DNA of 64,000 nt, taken from Podarcis liolepis (lineage: Eukaryota). The translations under genes were made by a program, and so were the position numbers. Below the pieces are notes generated by a model. The model was given only the letters and a program-made list of their open reading frames with translations, did not search any database and was not told the origin of the DNA. This document shows, one piece after another, positions 62,502 through 64,000 of this stretch (position 1 is the stretch's first letter; each line of letters opens with the position of its first letter). The DNA lies in assembly GCA_965112155.1 (NCBI GenBank), contig OZ218102.1; one strand, given 5' to 3'.

Positions 62502-64000
62502 ATAATTTATATAACGCCCTATACCCGGAGGTCTCGGAGCAGTTCACAGAAAAGATCAACATAAAAACCGCAATATATATAATCAAAATAAAAACAACAA
62601 AATAGGTTGTGTGAACAGGTGCTGCAAAGGTGTGGAAGGCTGAAACTTGCATATATACTCAAAATAACACACAATTTATTTGGCAGCAGGGCTCTGCCAG
62701 TTTCTTTGCTCTTCTCATCTCCCTCAGAATATAAAACAGGAAAGATCTTGGAAGGGGAGGCAGGCTAAGATAAGTTTTCAACAGACTTGTTCCCAAAATT
62801 TTTTTTTAGGCAATCAATAGTGGGAGTACAGTTAGAAGAAATTATTGACAAGTTACTAACGAGTCTTTCAACATTATTTGGCCTAGAGGAACATATTGTG
62901 GTAGCAATGATGATCTGAATGCATATCATATTAAAGAAAGCTATAATGATCTTTATAGATTCCAAACAGATTTACAAATAGGCATCATCTGGAATTCAGG
63001 CTTCCTTGTAGTTTGCACTATATATATATATATATAGGAAAAGTGCTGATCGATAATACAACAAGCCAACCAGCCATTCTTCAAAACAAGTCATAAAGAA
63101 ATCCGGATACTTCCTGAGAAAATTGGTTTCTGTTTCAGTTGCTTAAGATATAACTTCCTTTGAGAAATAGTTATGACAGGTTCACCTGATTGCTCCCCTC
63201 TACAAGGTCACCCTTGCAGTTATTGGAGAAGGGAGATCTGTGGAGCTTGGGTGTGAAAGAAGGATTCAACACTCTGGTTGTTCACATCTTGGCTCTGACA
63301 TTTTCTGAAGAATCTGACAACTGTTAATGATTCCAAGTTTCCCCATGACTCACTGTAGCAATTAGATTTCTTGAAGGGCCAGTTTGTGAACCGAGTCAGG
63401 GGCAGAGGACCAAAGCCATGACGTCCCACCCATACAAAAGGTCTCTCCACACCCACATCTCCTGCCTCTGGGCTGCCAACTTGGAAGCCTTTGCAATACC
63501 CCTGAGAGAACTGAATTTGCCCTTGGGAACTCCAGCCACCACCCCACAGCTAGAACAAAAACTGAAGTCTAGACTGTATGTTTCCCAATTCATCATATCT
63601 CTGAGAGTGGCATTTCTTTAGAAATAACAGTCACTGTAGTGAAATGGAGCCCCAAATGTATGGATGTGCTTCTAGAAACATGGCCACCCCTTTATTTTCA
63701 TGGAATAAAGGAAAAAATTAGTTCAAGAAACTGGAATAATTGTAATATATATCTATTGTGCATAAAAAGGTGGGAGTTAAAGCAAAGAGCTCTTGATGAT
63801 GAGTGAGGGGGGGTTGCAGAGATGGTGTCAGGGTTCAGTACTACCCATACCTAGAACTGGGGTCTCAGAGGAGGAGCAGGACCCCCGACCACCCACAGTC
63901 TTATGCTGCCAGGATGCTTGGGGAGCCATCAGATCCAGGTGTCCCCACCCTAGACATCTACACCAATTCCTGACCCACTTTTGGAGCCACCACTTCTGCC

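Noticed and set aside
1-64000. Short ORFs of 60-200 aa in the ORF track as host genes
   Set aside because: No recognisable domains. Many run through microsatellites (poly-N, poly-I, poly-C), N gaps or repeats. No consistent exon chain was found, though small exons could be missed without homology search.

Overview
Eukaryotic, repeat-rich DNA that is intronic or intergenic. The repeat content (Sauria SINE, Bov-B, CORE/L2-type SINE with a CTT tail, CR1, L2, Penelope, hAT and Tigger MITEs) points to a squamate reptile, most likely a lacertid lizard. I recognised no host protein-coding exon. The only long ORF belongs to a complete, very young Ty1/copia LTR retrotransposon on the minus strand (15487-20548). 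It has 388-bp LTRs that look identical by eye, a CCCTG target-site duplication (TSD), a half-tRNA-type primer binding site (PBS) with an altered anticodon, a polypurine tract (PPT), and a 1351-aa Gag-PR-IN-RT-RH ORF whose Gag lacks an intact zinc knuckle. Other notable items: three Penelope fragments carrying minimal hammerhead ribozyme cores; a composite MITE, present twice, that captured an L2 tail plus microsatellite; Bov-B fragments with a shared 5' breakpoint and one with an inverted Bov-A-like piece; a young CpG-island-like hAT element; a TTAGGG-bearing hAT MITE; and a 75-bp tandem triplication with C/D-box-like motifs. There are two assembly gaps. Family names come from recalled consensus features, not from a database search.
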